NCBI GenBank assembly: GCA_964471325.1
Contig: CAYYFL010000008.1
Location: 20,879 to 84,878, forward strand
Source of the DNA: an uncultured Planctomycetia bacterium
GTDB taxonomy: Bacteria; Omnitrophota; Gorgyraeia; Velamenicoccales; Velamenicoccaceae
Length of the DNA stretch: 64,000 bases
Direction: 5' to 3'
This document shows, piece after piece, positions 1-8,355 of this stretch; positions within the stretch are counted from its first letter, which is position 1, and every line of letters begins with the position of its first letter. Under the pieces are notes generated by a model. That model worked only from the letters and a program-made list of their open reading frames with translations, did not search any database and had not been told where the DNA came from. Position numbers and translations under genes: made by a program.

Positions 1-1
1 C

Positions 2-682
2 GGCACGGTCAATCTCCTGGAGGCCGTGCGTTATGCCAAGATCGACCCTGTGATCCACATCTGTAGTTCTTCGGAGGTCTACGGCCAGGTGCGCGAGAAC
101 GAGGTCCCGATCAAGGAATCGCAGCCTTTCCGGCCTGCTTCGCCGTATGCGGTCAGCAAGGTAGGCGAGGACATGCTGGCATCCCAATACGGCTTGTCTT
201 ACGGTTTGCGCATCATCACGACGCGCATGTTCACGCATACGGGACCCCGTCGGGGAGAGGTCTTCGTCACGTCTGCTTTCGCGCGCCAGATCGCCAGGAT
301 CGAGGCCGGCATCCAGGAGCCTGTCCTGAAAGTCGGCAATCTTGAAAGCATCCGCACGTTCGCCGACGTGCGGGATACGGTCCGTGCCTACTGGCTTCTC
401 GTCCAGAAGTGCAAGCCCGGCGAGGTCTACAATATCGGCGGAAGCATCTCAATGACTGTGGGCGAGATGCTCAAGAAACTTTTGAGCATGACGGACAAAA
501 AGATCTCCATCAAGGTCGATCCGGCGCTCCTGCGGCCTTCGGACGTGACGCTCCAGATCCCTGATTGCACAAAATTCAAGCAGGCGACGGGCTGGGAACC
601 CGAGATACCTTTTGAGAAAACCTTGAAAGATCTTCTGGACTTTTGGCGGGATCATTATGCCGCCAGGAAGAGAAGGTCCTAG
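2..682 (+). CDS. NAD-dependent sugar epimerase/dehydratase (extended SDR, GDP-sugar dehydratase/reductase-like), 5' end outside window
   Basis: The frame is open from nt 2 (GTVNLLEAV...), so the track ORF 26..682 begins at an internal GTG. The SDR catalytic YxxxK is present as PYAVSK. The rest matches the C-terminal substrate-binding half of extended SDRs. Confidence 0.8.
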   Translation, partial: GTVNLLEAVRYAKIDPVIHICSSSEVYGQVRENEVPIKESQPFRPASPYAVSKVGEDMLASQYGLSYGLRIITTRMFTHTGPRRGEVFVTSAFARQIARIEAGIQEPVLKVGNLESIRTFADVRDTVRAYWLLVQKCKPGEVYNIGGSISMTVGEMLKKLLSMTDKKISIKVDPALLRPSDVTLQIPDCTKFKQATGWEPEIPFEKTLKDLLDFWRDHYAARKRRS

Positions 683-702
683 ACAAATACGATCGAGGCG
701 CC

Positions 703-1992
703 ATGGAACGACCTTCTGTGTTGAGTTGCGGTATTTGCCTTTTTTCCGGTCTTGCGTCGCTGATCGTCCTTTTTGCCGTTTTTTCTTTTTGGACACGGCC
801 TGCCTATGCTACCGCAACGCATACCAAAATCTCCGAATGGAATAGGCGCAACGCCCACCTTGTTCCGAACGAAGAGGAAAAGCGGGCGATCGTCGCCCTC
901 AATCAGGATTATTCCATTCCGTGGCGGACGGCCACGGACAGCGACGGGGACGGCGTGGACGATGTCTATGATCCTTCGCCAATGGACTGGCGCGAAAACG
1001 GCTACGATCCATTTGCCGTCCTGGCTTTCCTGAGCTGGTATCACGACTGGAATGCTTATAAATACAACTGTGACGCCCTGAAAAAGGTCGTCGATCTCAT
1101 GAAAGACGCCGGCGTGGGGATGGTGCGTTTTGATTTTTTGTGGCAGGACATCGAGCCGCGGCCCGGCGAGTGGGATTTTGAGAAATACGACTATATCGTC
1201 AATCTTCTGACGGAACGCCAGGTCCGCATCCTGGGGATCCTGGGCTATTCCGTCAGCTGGGCCGGCAAGGCCTGGAATTATCCTCCCTACGACGACGAGA
1301 CTTTTGTCCGTTATGTCCGCCAAGTCATTTCCCGTTACAAAAACAAGATCAAGTATTGGGAGATCTGGAATGAGCCGGATTCGAGGACTTACTGGGTTCC
1401 TCAGGACGACATGAAGCGTTATACGGAGCTCCTCAAGAAAGTGTACGAGGCCGCCAAAGCCGCCGACCCCTCCTGCAAGATCGTCTTGGGCGGCATGACG
1501 AACAGCGGTTATTATGCGATCAAGAACGTCTATCGCAACGGCGGGAAAGATTATTTCGATGTCGTCAATATCCATCCCTTTGCAAATCCGCTTCGTGCCG
1601 GGGCCATGACGCAGGTCCTGGCGATATGTCGCAATGTCCGCCGCGAGATGGATAAGAACGGCGACCAGGACAAGAAGATCTGGATCACGGAGATCGGCGC
1701 TCCGGGCGTTGAACGGCCCAATAAGGACAATGCCTGGTGGGAAGGTATCAGTCCGACGGAAAAACAACAGGCCGCATGGGCGGGAGATGTGTATGAGCGG
1801 TTGACGGGTTTAGACGATGTCGAGAAGGTTTTCTGGGCGTTTTTCCGGGACAACCTGGGGCACTTCAAAAGCGGTGTCGATTTCTTCGGTTTGGTCCGTT
1901 GGGATTTTACGCCCAAGCCGTCTTTTTACGCGTATAAAAAATGCTCACACGCCGTCATGGACAGGTGGCGCTTGTTTAAGGGGGAGCCGTGA
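703..1992 (+). CDS. membrane-anchored glycoside hydrolase, clan GH-A TIM barrel (GH5/GH39-like)
   Basis: N-terminal hydrophobic anchor (CGICLFSGLASLIVLFAVFSF). Asp-rich Ca-binding-like DSDGDGVDDVYD. Acid/base-type motif WEIWNEPD and nucleophile-type WITEIGAPG. GAGG lies 4-5 nt before ATG 703; the track start 643 lies inside the previous gene. Confidence 0.65.
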   Translation: MERPSVLSCGICLFSGLASLIVLFAVFSFWTRPAYATATHTKISEWNRRNAHLVPNEEEKRAIVALNQDYSIPWRTATDSDGDGVDDVYDPSPMDWRENGYDPFAVLAFLSWYHDWNAYKYNCDALKKVVDLMKDAGVGMVRFDFLWQDIEPRPGEWDFEKYDYIVNLLTERQVRILGILGYSVSWAGKAWNYPPYDDETFVRYVRQVISRYKNKIKYWEIWNEPDSRTYWVPQDDMKRYTELLKKVYEAAKAADPSCKIVLGGMTNSGYYAIKNVYRNGGKDYFDVVNIHPFANPLRAGAMTQVLAICRNVRREMDKNGDQDKKIWITEIGAPGVERPNKDNAWWEGISPTEKQQAAWAGDVYERLTGLDDVEKVFWAFFRDNLGHFKSGVDFFGLVRWDFTPKPSFYAYKKCSHAVMDRWRLFKGEP

Positions 1993-2140
1993 TCTTTCCC
2001 CCGCACCCAGAATGCCCCACCTGTAAAGGTGGAGATTGGCGATGTCTCAAGACATCGCCATGGCATTCGGGCGGGATTCCGCCCTACGGCGGAAGCCCGG
2101 CACGAAAAGGGGCCATGGCTGTAAAACCGTGGGGCTCCAC

Positions 2141-2929
2141 ATGATTTCGTTTGTCGACGCCCATTGTCATCTGCAAGATGAGAGGATCAGGAGTGATGCG
2201 GGGGCCCTCATGGCCCGGGCCAAAGCCAAAGGGGTCTGTCGTCTGGTGTGCTGCGGCTCGGCGGAAGATGACTGGGAAGCCGTGGCCGCCCTCCGGGGAA
2301 AATATCCTGCCGAGATCGTTCCTTCTTTCGGCCTCCATCCCTGGCATATCAAGAATCGTTCTTCCAGATGGCTGGAGAATTTGGAAGGGTTCCTCAAGCG
2401 CATGCCATCAGGCGTCGGGGAGATCGGGCTGGACCACGGCCTGAAGGATTTTGATGAACAGGATCAAAGAGAGATTTTTCTGGCGCAACTGGCGCTGGCG
2501 CGGACACTCCGGCGTCCTGTGTCGATCCATTGCCGCAGGGGGTGGGATGTCTTGCTGGATGTCTTGAAGGATTTCGGCCCGTTGGATGCCGGCGGTGTCA
2601 TCCACTCCTATTCGGGGAGCGCGGAGATGGTGCCGTCTCTTGAAACTTATGGTCTTTATTTTTCTTTTTCCTGTTCAATCACGCGTTCGGGCAATACACG
2701 GGGCCGCCGCGCCCTGCGGGTCGTTCCCAGAGACAGGCTTTTGATCGAAACAGATTCGCCGGATATGCCGCCCGCCGGCTCAACAGGATTGAATGAACCG
2801 TCGCATCTGCTTTTGGCGGCGCAGACAGTGTCTGAAGTCCTCGGAGTCACCCTGGAAGACGTTGCTGTCCTGACGACTGCCAACGCCACGGCGCTTTTCG
2901 GATCTCTGGCTGCACCTGGCCCCATCTGA
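2141..2929 (+). CDS. tatD: TatD-family metal-dependent hydrolase
   Basis: Begins MISFVDAHCHL (HxH metal motif), followed by SIHCR, VIHSYSG and ETDSPDM motifs typical of TatD. The 35-aa N-extension of track ORF 2036 looks non-homologous. Confidence 0.85.
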   Translation: MISFVDAHCHLQDERIRSDAGALMARAKAKGVCRLVCCGSAEDDWEAVAALRGKYPAEIVPSFGLHPWHIKNRSSRWLENLEGFLKRMPSGVGEIGLDHGLKDFDEQDQREIFLAQLALARTLRRPVSIHCRRGWDVLLDVLKDFGPLDAGGVIHSYSGSAEMVPSLETYGLYFSFSCSITRSGNTRGRRALRVVPRDRLLIETDSPDMPPAGSTGLNEPSHLLLAAQTVSEVLGVTLEDVAVLTTANATALFGSLAAPGPI

Positions 2930-3073
2930 AGGGCCACACCTTGCTTCATCGGTCTAGCAAGTGCGCCACCTGCTGTGGCGGTGTTTCGCTTTCTGCGGAA
3001 CCCGTCCGGGTCTTTGTGCTATATGGCGGATACACAGGAATTGACCTGACGGTTTGTTTTGCGGGGGTGACCT

Positions 3074-3760
3074 ATGGGCAGGACGCGTATTTTTTCTCAT
3101 GAAGACCGTGTTTTCCAGGATCGCAGGGAAGCCGGCAGGATCCTGTCGGAAGCGTTGAAAGAATTTCGGGGAAAAGATGCCGTTGTCCTCGGCATTCCGC
3201 GCGGCGGCCTTGTCGTGGCTGCAGAGATCGCCAGGGCGATCGAGGCAGACCTGGATGTCGCTCTGACGCGGAAGATCGGCGCGCCGCTTCAGCCTGAATT
3301 GGCTATCGGCGCTCTCTCGGAAAGCGGACAGGTTTATCTGAACAGCGCTTTGGCGGCCCAGGTGGGAGCCGACGAGGACTATATCGAGCGGGAGAAGACG
3401 CGGCAGGCAGGTGCCATCAAGGAACGCGCACAGCAGTACAGAAAAGTCAGGCCGAAGGCCTCTATCACGGACCGCTTGGTGATTGTGACGGATGATGGTG
3501 CGGCCACAGGCGCGACCATGTTGGCAACGCTCTGGTCGTTGAGACAGGAGAAACCGCAACGTCTCATCGCCGCCCTGCCTGTCGTATCGGGCGATGCCGT
3601 CGAAATCCTTGCCGGCGCCGCCGACGAGCTTGTTGTCCTGCAGGTGCCGATGTATCTGGCCGGGATCAGCCAGTTTTACGGCGATTTTTCGCAGACAAGC
3701 GACGATGAAGTTGCGGGTATCCTCAAGGAATTCGTGGTGCGGCGCGGCAGGAAGTTGTGA
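3074..3760 (+). CDS. phosphoribosyltransferase-family protein
   Basis: PRPP-binding loop VIVTDDGAATGATM, preceded by GIPRGGLVVAAEIA. The size is typical of stand-alone putative PRTases. Confidence 0.75.
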   Translation: MGRTRIFSHEDRVFQDRREAGRILSEALKEFRGKDAVVLGIPRGGLVVAAEIARAIEADLDVALTRKIGAPLQPELAIGALSESGQVYLNSALAAQVGADEDYIEREKTRQAGAIKERAQQYRKVRPKASITDRLVIVTDDGAATGATMLATLWSLRQEKPQRLIAALPVVSGDAVEILAGAADELVVLQVPMYLAGISQFYGDFSQTSDDEVAGILKEFVVRRGRKL

Positions 3761-3838
3761 GGGAATTATGTCTCGCGATGGCTTGGTCTTTGGAGCCGGC
3801 AAGTTCAGCGGCCCTCCGAAAGATTTTCAGGAGGGGGC

Positions 3839-4606
3839 ATGAGAGAGGATCCGGGGCGTTTTTCCAGGACCGCTTTATTGCTCGGGAAGGATGCAGTTCA
3901 CCGTTTTAAGCAAAGCTCTGTGGCCGTCGTCGGACTGGGTGCCGTGGGGTCTTTTGCCCTGGAGGCCCTGGCCCGCGCAGGAGTAGGGTCTTTTTCCCTC
4001 GTCGATTTCGACGAGGTCAAGCCCACGAATTTCAACCGTCAGCTCTTTGCTTTGGAGTCCACCTTGGGTAAATCCAAGACAGGGGTCGCCTGCGAGCGGG
4101 TCCTTGATATCAATCCGCATTGCCAAGTCGTGGCGCAGCAGGCCTTTGCCGGCCCGGAAAATTTAAACGAGCTCCTGGATCCGGCCCCGGATGCGGTGAT
4201 TGACGCCATCGACAGCTTGAATCCCAAAACAGAGCTCCTTAAGTTCTGCGTCACCCATGGGATCCCCGTTGTTTCTTCCATGGGCGCCTGCGACAAGACA
4301 GACCCTTTTTGTGTCCGTGTCGCCGATATTTCCGAGACGAGAATTTGTCCTTTGGCCCGCAGGATCCGCAAGCGCCTCAAGAAGAACGGTATTCCTGAAG
4401 GGATCGTGTGTGTTTACGGGACCCAGAATCCTCGTGGGACCTTGGGCGAAGAAGGGGACGAAGAGACGCTAAGGAGAGGCCGCAAGCGCACGCCGCGCGG
4501 CTCTATTGGCTATATGACAGGCATATTCGGCCTTGTTGCCGCTTACGAAGTCTTGAAGATCCTGGCAGGAGGGTCTCTGGAGTCGGTCTCCGGCCCGGGG
4601 TCGTGA
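3839..4606 (+). CDS. tcdA: tRNA threonylcarbamoyladenosine dehydratase (ThiF/MoeB-fold, TcdA/CsdL-like)
   Basis: Rossmann motif VAVVGLGAVGSFALEALARAGVG, then DFDEVKPTNFNRQ. Length and hydrophobic C-terminal tail are as in TcdA. Confidence 0.75.
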   Translation: MREDPGRFSRTALLLGKDAVHRFKQSSVAVVGLGAVGSFALEALARAGVGSFSLVDFDEVKPTNFNRQLFALESTLGKSKTGVACERVLDINPHCQVVAQQAFAGPENLNELLDPAPDAVIDAIDSLNPKTELLKFCVTHGIPVVSSMGACDKTDPFCVRVADISETRICPLARRIRKRLKKNGIPEGIVCVYGTQNPRGTLGEEGDEETLRRGRKRTPRGSIGYMTGIFGLVAAYEVLKILAGGSLESVSGPGS

Positions 4607-4764
4607 AGTTTTGCAGGCATGGCCTCAGTTGAAAAACGGCCCAGAAGATGACATAATGTGCTGGAATATTTGAAGAAAGGCAAGGGGGGCCATCTTATGC
4701 CGCCGTTCGAAAACCGGGCCTTCAGGGCGGCGGAGGCGGAGATTGATTTTGCGGGAGAAAAAAC

Positions 4765-5067
4765 ATGAAGGGGCCGAAAGTTTACATGGTGATAGAGATC
4801 AAGATCAAAGACAAGGAAAAATACGGCCGGTATGTCGATGAAGTTTATGGTATCGTGCGCCGTCATGGCGGCCGTTATCTGGTCAGGGGCGGCCGCGTCA
4901 CGCCCATGTTCGGAGGCTGGACGCCGGAACGGATGGTTGTGATCGCGTTCGATTCGCTGGAGGATTTAAAGAAGTGTTTCGCGTCTCCAGAATATTCGGC
5001 GGTTGCCCCCCTGAGGGAGACGTCAACCGAAACCAGGTCCGTTATCCTGGAGGGATGCCAGCCATGA
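4765..5067 (+). CDS. DUF1330-family small protein
   Basis: 100-aa dimeric alpha/beta-barrel-type sequence (YMVIEIKIKDKEKYGRY ... VVIAFDSLEDLKKCFASPEY) that I recall as DUF1330. The stop overlaps the next start (ATGA). Confidence 0.6.
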   Translation: MKGPKVYMVIEIKIKDKEKYGRYVDEVYGIVRRHGGRYLVRGGRVTPMFGGWTPERMVVIAFDSLEDLKKCFASPEYSAVAPLRETSTETRSVILEGCQP

Positions 5068-5927
5068 GGGTCGCCGAAGGCGTCCATGCTTTAAAGATTC
5101 CATTTCGACTTCCCGTCGGACCGGACAATTTCCTGGAACGGTTTGTTTATTGTTATCTGGTGTGCGGCGATGCCGTCTGCCTGATCGACAGCGGCGTTGC
5201 TGGGAGTCAGAAGATCATTTTTGATTATCTTGTATCTATCGGCCGCAAGCCGCAGGACATTTCCATCTTGGTCCTGACGCATAGCCATCCGGACCATATG
5301 GGCGCCGCGCACGCAATCCGGGAAGCCACAGCGTGCACGGTGGCGGCGCATCTCTCGGAGAAAAACTGGATAGAAGATATCGATTTGCAGTTCAGGGAAA
5401 GGCCGGTGGCTGGTTTCGAGACGCTTGTCGCCGCCCCTGTCAAGGTTGATCGGATACTTAAAGACGGAGATGTCCTGGGATTGGGGGGCGGTTTTGACAT
5501 GGAGGTTTTTCATACGCCGGGGCATTCCAGGGGTTCGCTATCATTGTTCCTGCGCAAGCAGAAGGTGCTGTTCTGTGCGGATGCCGTCCTCCTGCCGGGA
5601 CAGTTGCCCATTTATGACGATAATGAAGCATGCGTGCGGTCTGTCAATAAGTTGAAATATATGCGAGGCGTCGAGACATTGCTTTCTTCCTGGGATGAGC
5701 CGAAACGGGGTCCCGAGGTGCTCCGGGCCTTGGATGAGAGTCTTATTTTTCTTCGAAGCATTCAGCGGGCGGTGTTTGAGGTGGTCAACGAGTATCCGAC
5801 GGCGGACCTGATGGCCATGTGCGGACAAGTGGTCAGGATCATGGGCTTGCCGCCAGCGGCGCTCAATCCCTTGGTGGCCAGGTCATTGGCGTCGAGCCTT
5901 GAGAAAAAACGGCCGCGCGGACACTAA
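5064..5927 (+). CDS. MBL-fold metallo-hydrolase
   Basis: HxHxDH motif as THSHPDHMGAA, later FHTPGHSRGS. ATG 5064 overlaps the upstream stop, with GGAGGG 10 nt upstream. Confidence 0.85.
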   Translation: MRVAEGVHALKIPFRLPVGPDNFLERFVYCYLVCGDAVCLIDSGVAGSQKIIFDYLVSIGRKPQDISILVLTHSHPDHMGAAHAIREATACTVAAHLSEKNWIEDIDLQFRERPVAGFETLVAAPVKVDRILKDGDVLGLGGGFDMEVFHTPGHSRGSLSLFLRKQKVLFCADAVLLPGQLPIYDDNEACVRSVNKLKYMRGVETLLSSWDEPKRGPEVLRALDESLIFLRSIQRAVFEVVNEYPTADLMAMCGQVVRIMGLPPAALNPLVARSLASSLEKKRPRGH

Positions 5928-5976
5928 TCTTCTGCGGCCGGGGCAAGGGCGGGCCCATGGGGCTCCAGAGGTCGGC

Positions 5977-6696
5977 ATGGACAACAGTTTGAAGATCGAA
6001 AACCTGACGGTGGAAGTGGGCGGCCGGGTGATCTTGGAAAATCTTAACCTGGAGATTTCCTCGGGCAGCACCCTTGTTTTGTTCGGGCCCAACGGTTCCG
6101 GAAAATCCACGTTGATCAAGGCCATCATGGGATTTGAGAATTATGCGATCACCCGGGGGAAGATCGTCTTCGGAGGAGAGGTGATCAACGGTTTGTCGAC
6201 GGATGAACGCGCCAAAAAAGGCATCGGCGTCCTTTTCCAGAACCCGCCGAAGATCAGGGGGATCAAGCTGCGCCAGATGGTGGAACTGGTCACGCGGCGG
6301 CCGGCGCAGGAAGACATCTTTGTCGATAAGCTCAACGTCGGGGAACTGATGGACAGGGACCTTAATGTGAATTTTTCCGGAGGCGAGATGAAGCGTTCGG
6401 AGCTTCTTCAGGTTTTGTCCCAAAAGCCGAAGCTTTTGCTTCTGGATGAGCCTGAATCGGGCGTCGACATCGAAAATATCGCCATGATGGGCAGGGTGCT
6501 CAATGCCTTTATCCGCGAGCATGCCGTGGCCTCGCTCATCATCACGCACACCGGTTATGTCTTGGATTATGTCGACGCCCAACACGCCTGCGTGTTGATG
6601 GACCGCGATATCCGCTGTTATGATGATCCGCGCAAGGTTTTTGAAGACATCCGTCAATTCGGTTATGAAAAGTGCCGCACCTGCCGGGGACAATGA
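5977..6696 (+). CDS. sufC: Fe-S cluster assembly ATPase SufC
   Basis: Walker A GPNGSGKST, signature FSGGEMKR, Walker B LLLLDEPESGVD, H-loop ITHTG. Translationally coupled (ATGA) to a SufB/D-family gene. Confidence 0.9.
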   Translation: MDNSLKIENLTVEVGGRVILENLNLEISSGSTLVLFGPNGSGKSTLIKAIMGFENYAITRGKIVFGGEVINGLSTDERAKKGIGVLFQNPPKIRGIKLRQMVELVTRRPAQEDIFVDKLNVGELMDRDLNVNFSGGEMKRSELLQVLSQKPKLLLLDEPESGVDIENIAMMGRVLNAFIREHAVASLIITHTGYVLDYVDAQHACVLMDRDIRCYDDPRKVFEDIRQFGYEKCRTCRGQ

Positions 6697-7796
6697 ACCT
6701 TATGGCTGATAAGGATGCCCGTCTCGGAAAAGAGGAAGCCCGCCGTCTGGAGCGCATCGGTTATGATGCATCCGAGAAGGAGCGCGCCGGTTCTTTTATC
6801 CAGCAGGACAGCGATTTGCTCCTGCATAAGACGCTCCATGAGGATATCGAGGTCATGGGGATCGATGAGGCCTTGAAGACTGTTCCCGACGCCGCGTCAT
6901 ACTACGGTAAGGCCTTTGCGGCGTTGGACCGGGAATATCCGAAAGAAACATCCGGCGGTTATTACATCAGGATCAAGGCCGGCAGGACCGTGCTTTTTCC
7001 CGTGCAGGCGTGCCTCTATCTCAAGAAGGCGAATTTCAAACAGAAGGTCCATAATCTCATCATCGCCGAACCCGGGTCAAAAGTCTATATCATTACCGGC
7101 TGTACGGCGCATAGCGCCTCACAGGAAGCGTATCACTTGGGTATTTCGGAGTTTTTTGTCGGCGAAGGGGCTTATGTGAATTTCACCATGATCCATAGCT
7201 GGACAAAAGATACGAACGTGGAGCCCAAGAGCATCGCCCTTGTCGACAAGCGAGGGACGTTTATCTCCAACTACATCTGCCTGGACCCTGTCAGGAATAT
7301 CACCATGTATCCGACGGCCGTATTGGGCGAGATGAGCATTGCGCATTTCAGCTCGCTCATGGCGGCCCATGAAGGTTCGGCCCAGGACATCGGCTCGCGC
7401 GTCATTTTCAACGGGAGGGGGTCTTCGGCGGAAATCATCTCGCGGGCCGTCAGCTTAGGAGGATCGGTTACTGCGCGCGGCCACCTCAAGGCCGCCTCAC
7501 CCGATATCAAGGCGCATTTGGAATGCCGGGGGCTTGTCGTCAACGAAAAAGGCAGGATCCATGCTATTCCGGAGCTCGAGACCGAATACAGGGATGTGGA
7601 TATGTCCCATGAGGCGGCGATCGGCAAGATCTCCAAAGAGGAGATCGAATATTTATGTTCCAGAGGGATTTCCAAAGATAAAGCGCAATCCCTTATCATC
7701 CGCGGTTTTGTAGACACCAACATCCTGTCGTTGCCTGAATTGTTGAAGAAAGAGATTGATCAACTTGCAGACCGGACATTGAAGTCCGGTCTATGA
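6693..7796 (+). CDS. sufB: Fe-S cluster assembly scaffold, SufB/SufD family (short form)
   Basis: C-terminal region with beta-helix-type repeats, ending HEAAIGKISKEEIEYLCSRGISKDKAQSLIIRGF, which is characteristic of SufB/SufD. Lies directly downstream of sufC. Confidence 0.8.
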   Translation: MNLMADKDARLGKEEARRLERIGYDASEKERAGSFIQQDSDLLLHKTLHEDIEVMGIDEALKTVPDAASYYGKAFAALDREYPKETSGGYYIRIKAGRTVLFPVQACLYLKKANFKQKVHNLIIAEPGSKVYIITGCTAHSASQEAYHLGISEFFVGEGAYVNFTMIHSWTKDTNVEPKSIALVDKRGTFISNYICLDPVRNITMYPTAVLGEMSIAHFSSLMAAHEGSAQDIGSRVIFNGRGSSAEIISRAVSLGGSVTARGHLKAASPDIKAHLECRGLVVNEKGRIHAIPELETEYRDVDMSHEAAIGKISKEEIEYLCSRGISKDKAQSLIIRGFVDTNILSLPELLKKEIDQLADRTLKSGL

Positions 7797-7908
7797 TTCT
7801 TTCCGGCGGCCTGCCTTGTTGGGTTTCTTATGAGGATTGCCAGGTCCTGGTTGTCCCAAAGATAAAACACATCTCATTTCGTGCGAGAAGAGCCAAGGAG
7901 GAGTCTGG

Positions 7909-8298
7909 ATGGAAAAGAGAAGGGTTCTGGTTGTGGATGATGAGGAGAACCTCCGTAAATTATTGAAGTTGAACCTGGAAGGGACCGGCAAGTTTACGGT
8001 TGAGACCTTGGCGGATGCCAAGGACCTTATCGAGACGCTTCATATGTTCAAGCCCGAGGTGATCCTGCTCGACCTCTTGTTGCCCGGCCTCGGCGGACTG
8101 GAGGCATGCGAGATGCTGAATAGGGATCCGCTGGGCGAGGGAGTGCCTATTATCGTTCTTTCTTCCCTGGCCAAAGACGGAGACAAACGCGCCGCTTACG
8201 GCAAAGGAGTCGTGGATTATCTCGTAAAGCCCATTGAGAACGATGATCTTGTCGCCAAGATCGAAAAGGTCCTTTTGAACAAAGACAGTTCGTCATGA
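7909..8298 (+). CDS. single-domain response regulator (receiver only)
   Basis: VLVVDDEEN, phospho-acceptor context VILLDLLLPGLGG, and DYLVKPI. AAGGAGGAG lies 6 nt upstream of ATG 7909. Confidence 0.85.
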   Translation: MEKRRVLVVDDEENLRKLLKLNLEGTGKFTVETLADAKDLIETLHMFKPEVILLDLLLPGLGGLEACEMLNRDPLGEGVPIIVLSSLAKDGDKRAAYGKGVVDYLVKPIENDDLVAKIEKVLLNKDSSS

Positions 8299-8355
8299 GA
8301 GGCGAGAGGGCGGCATCGGAATCGAAGAAGCCCTCGCGGCACAGGTCGTGATTGC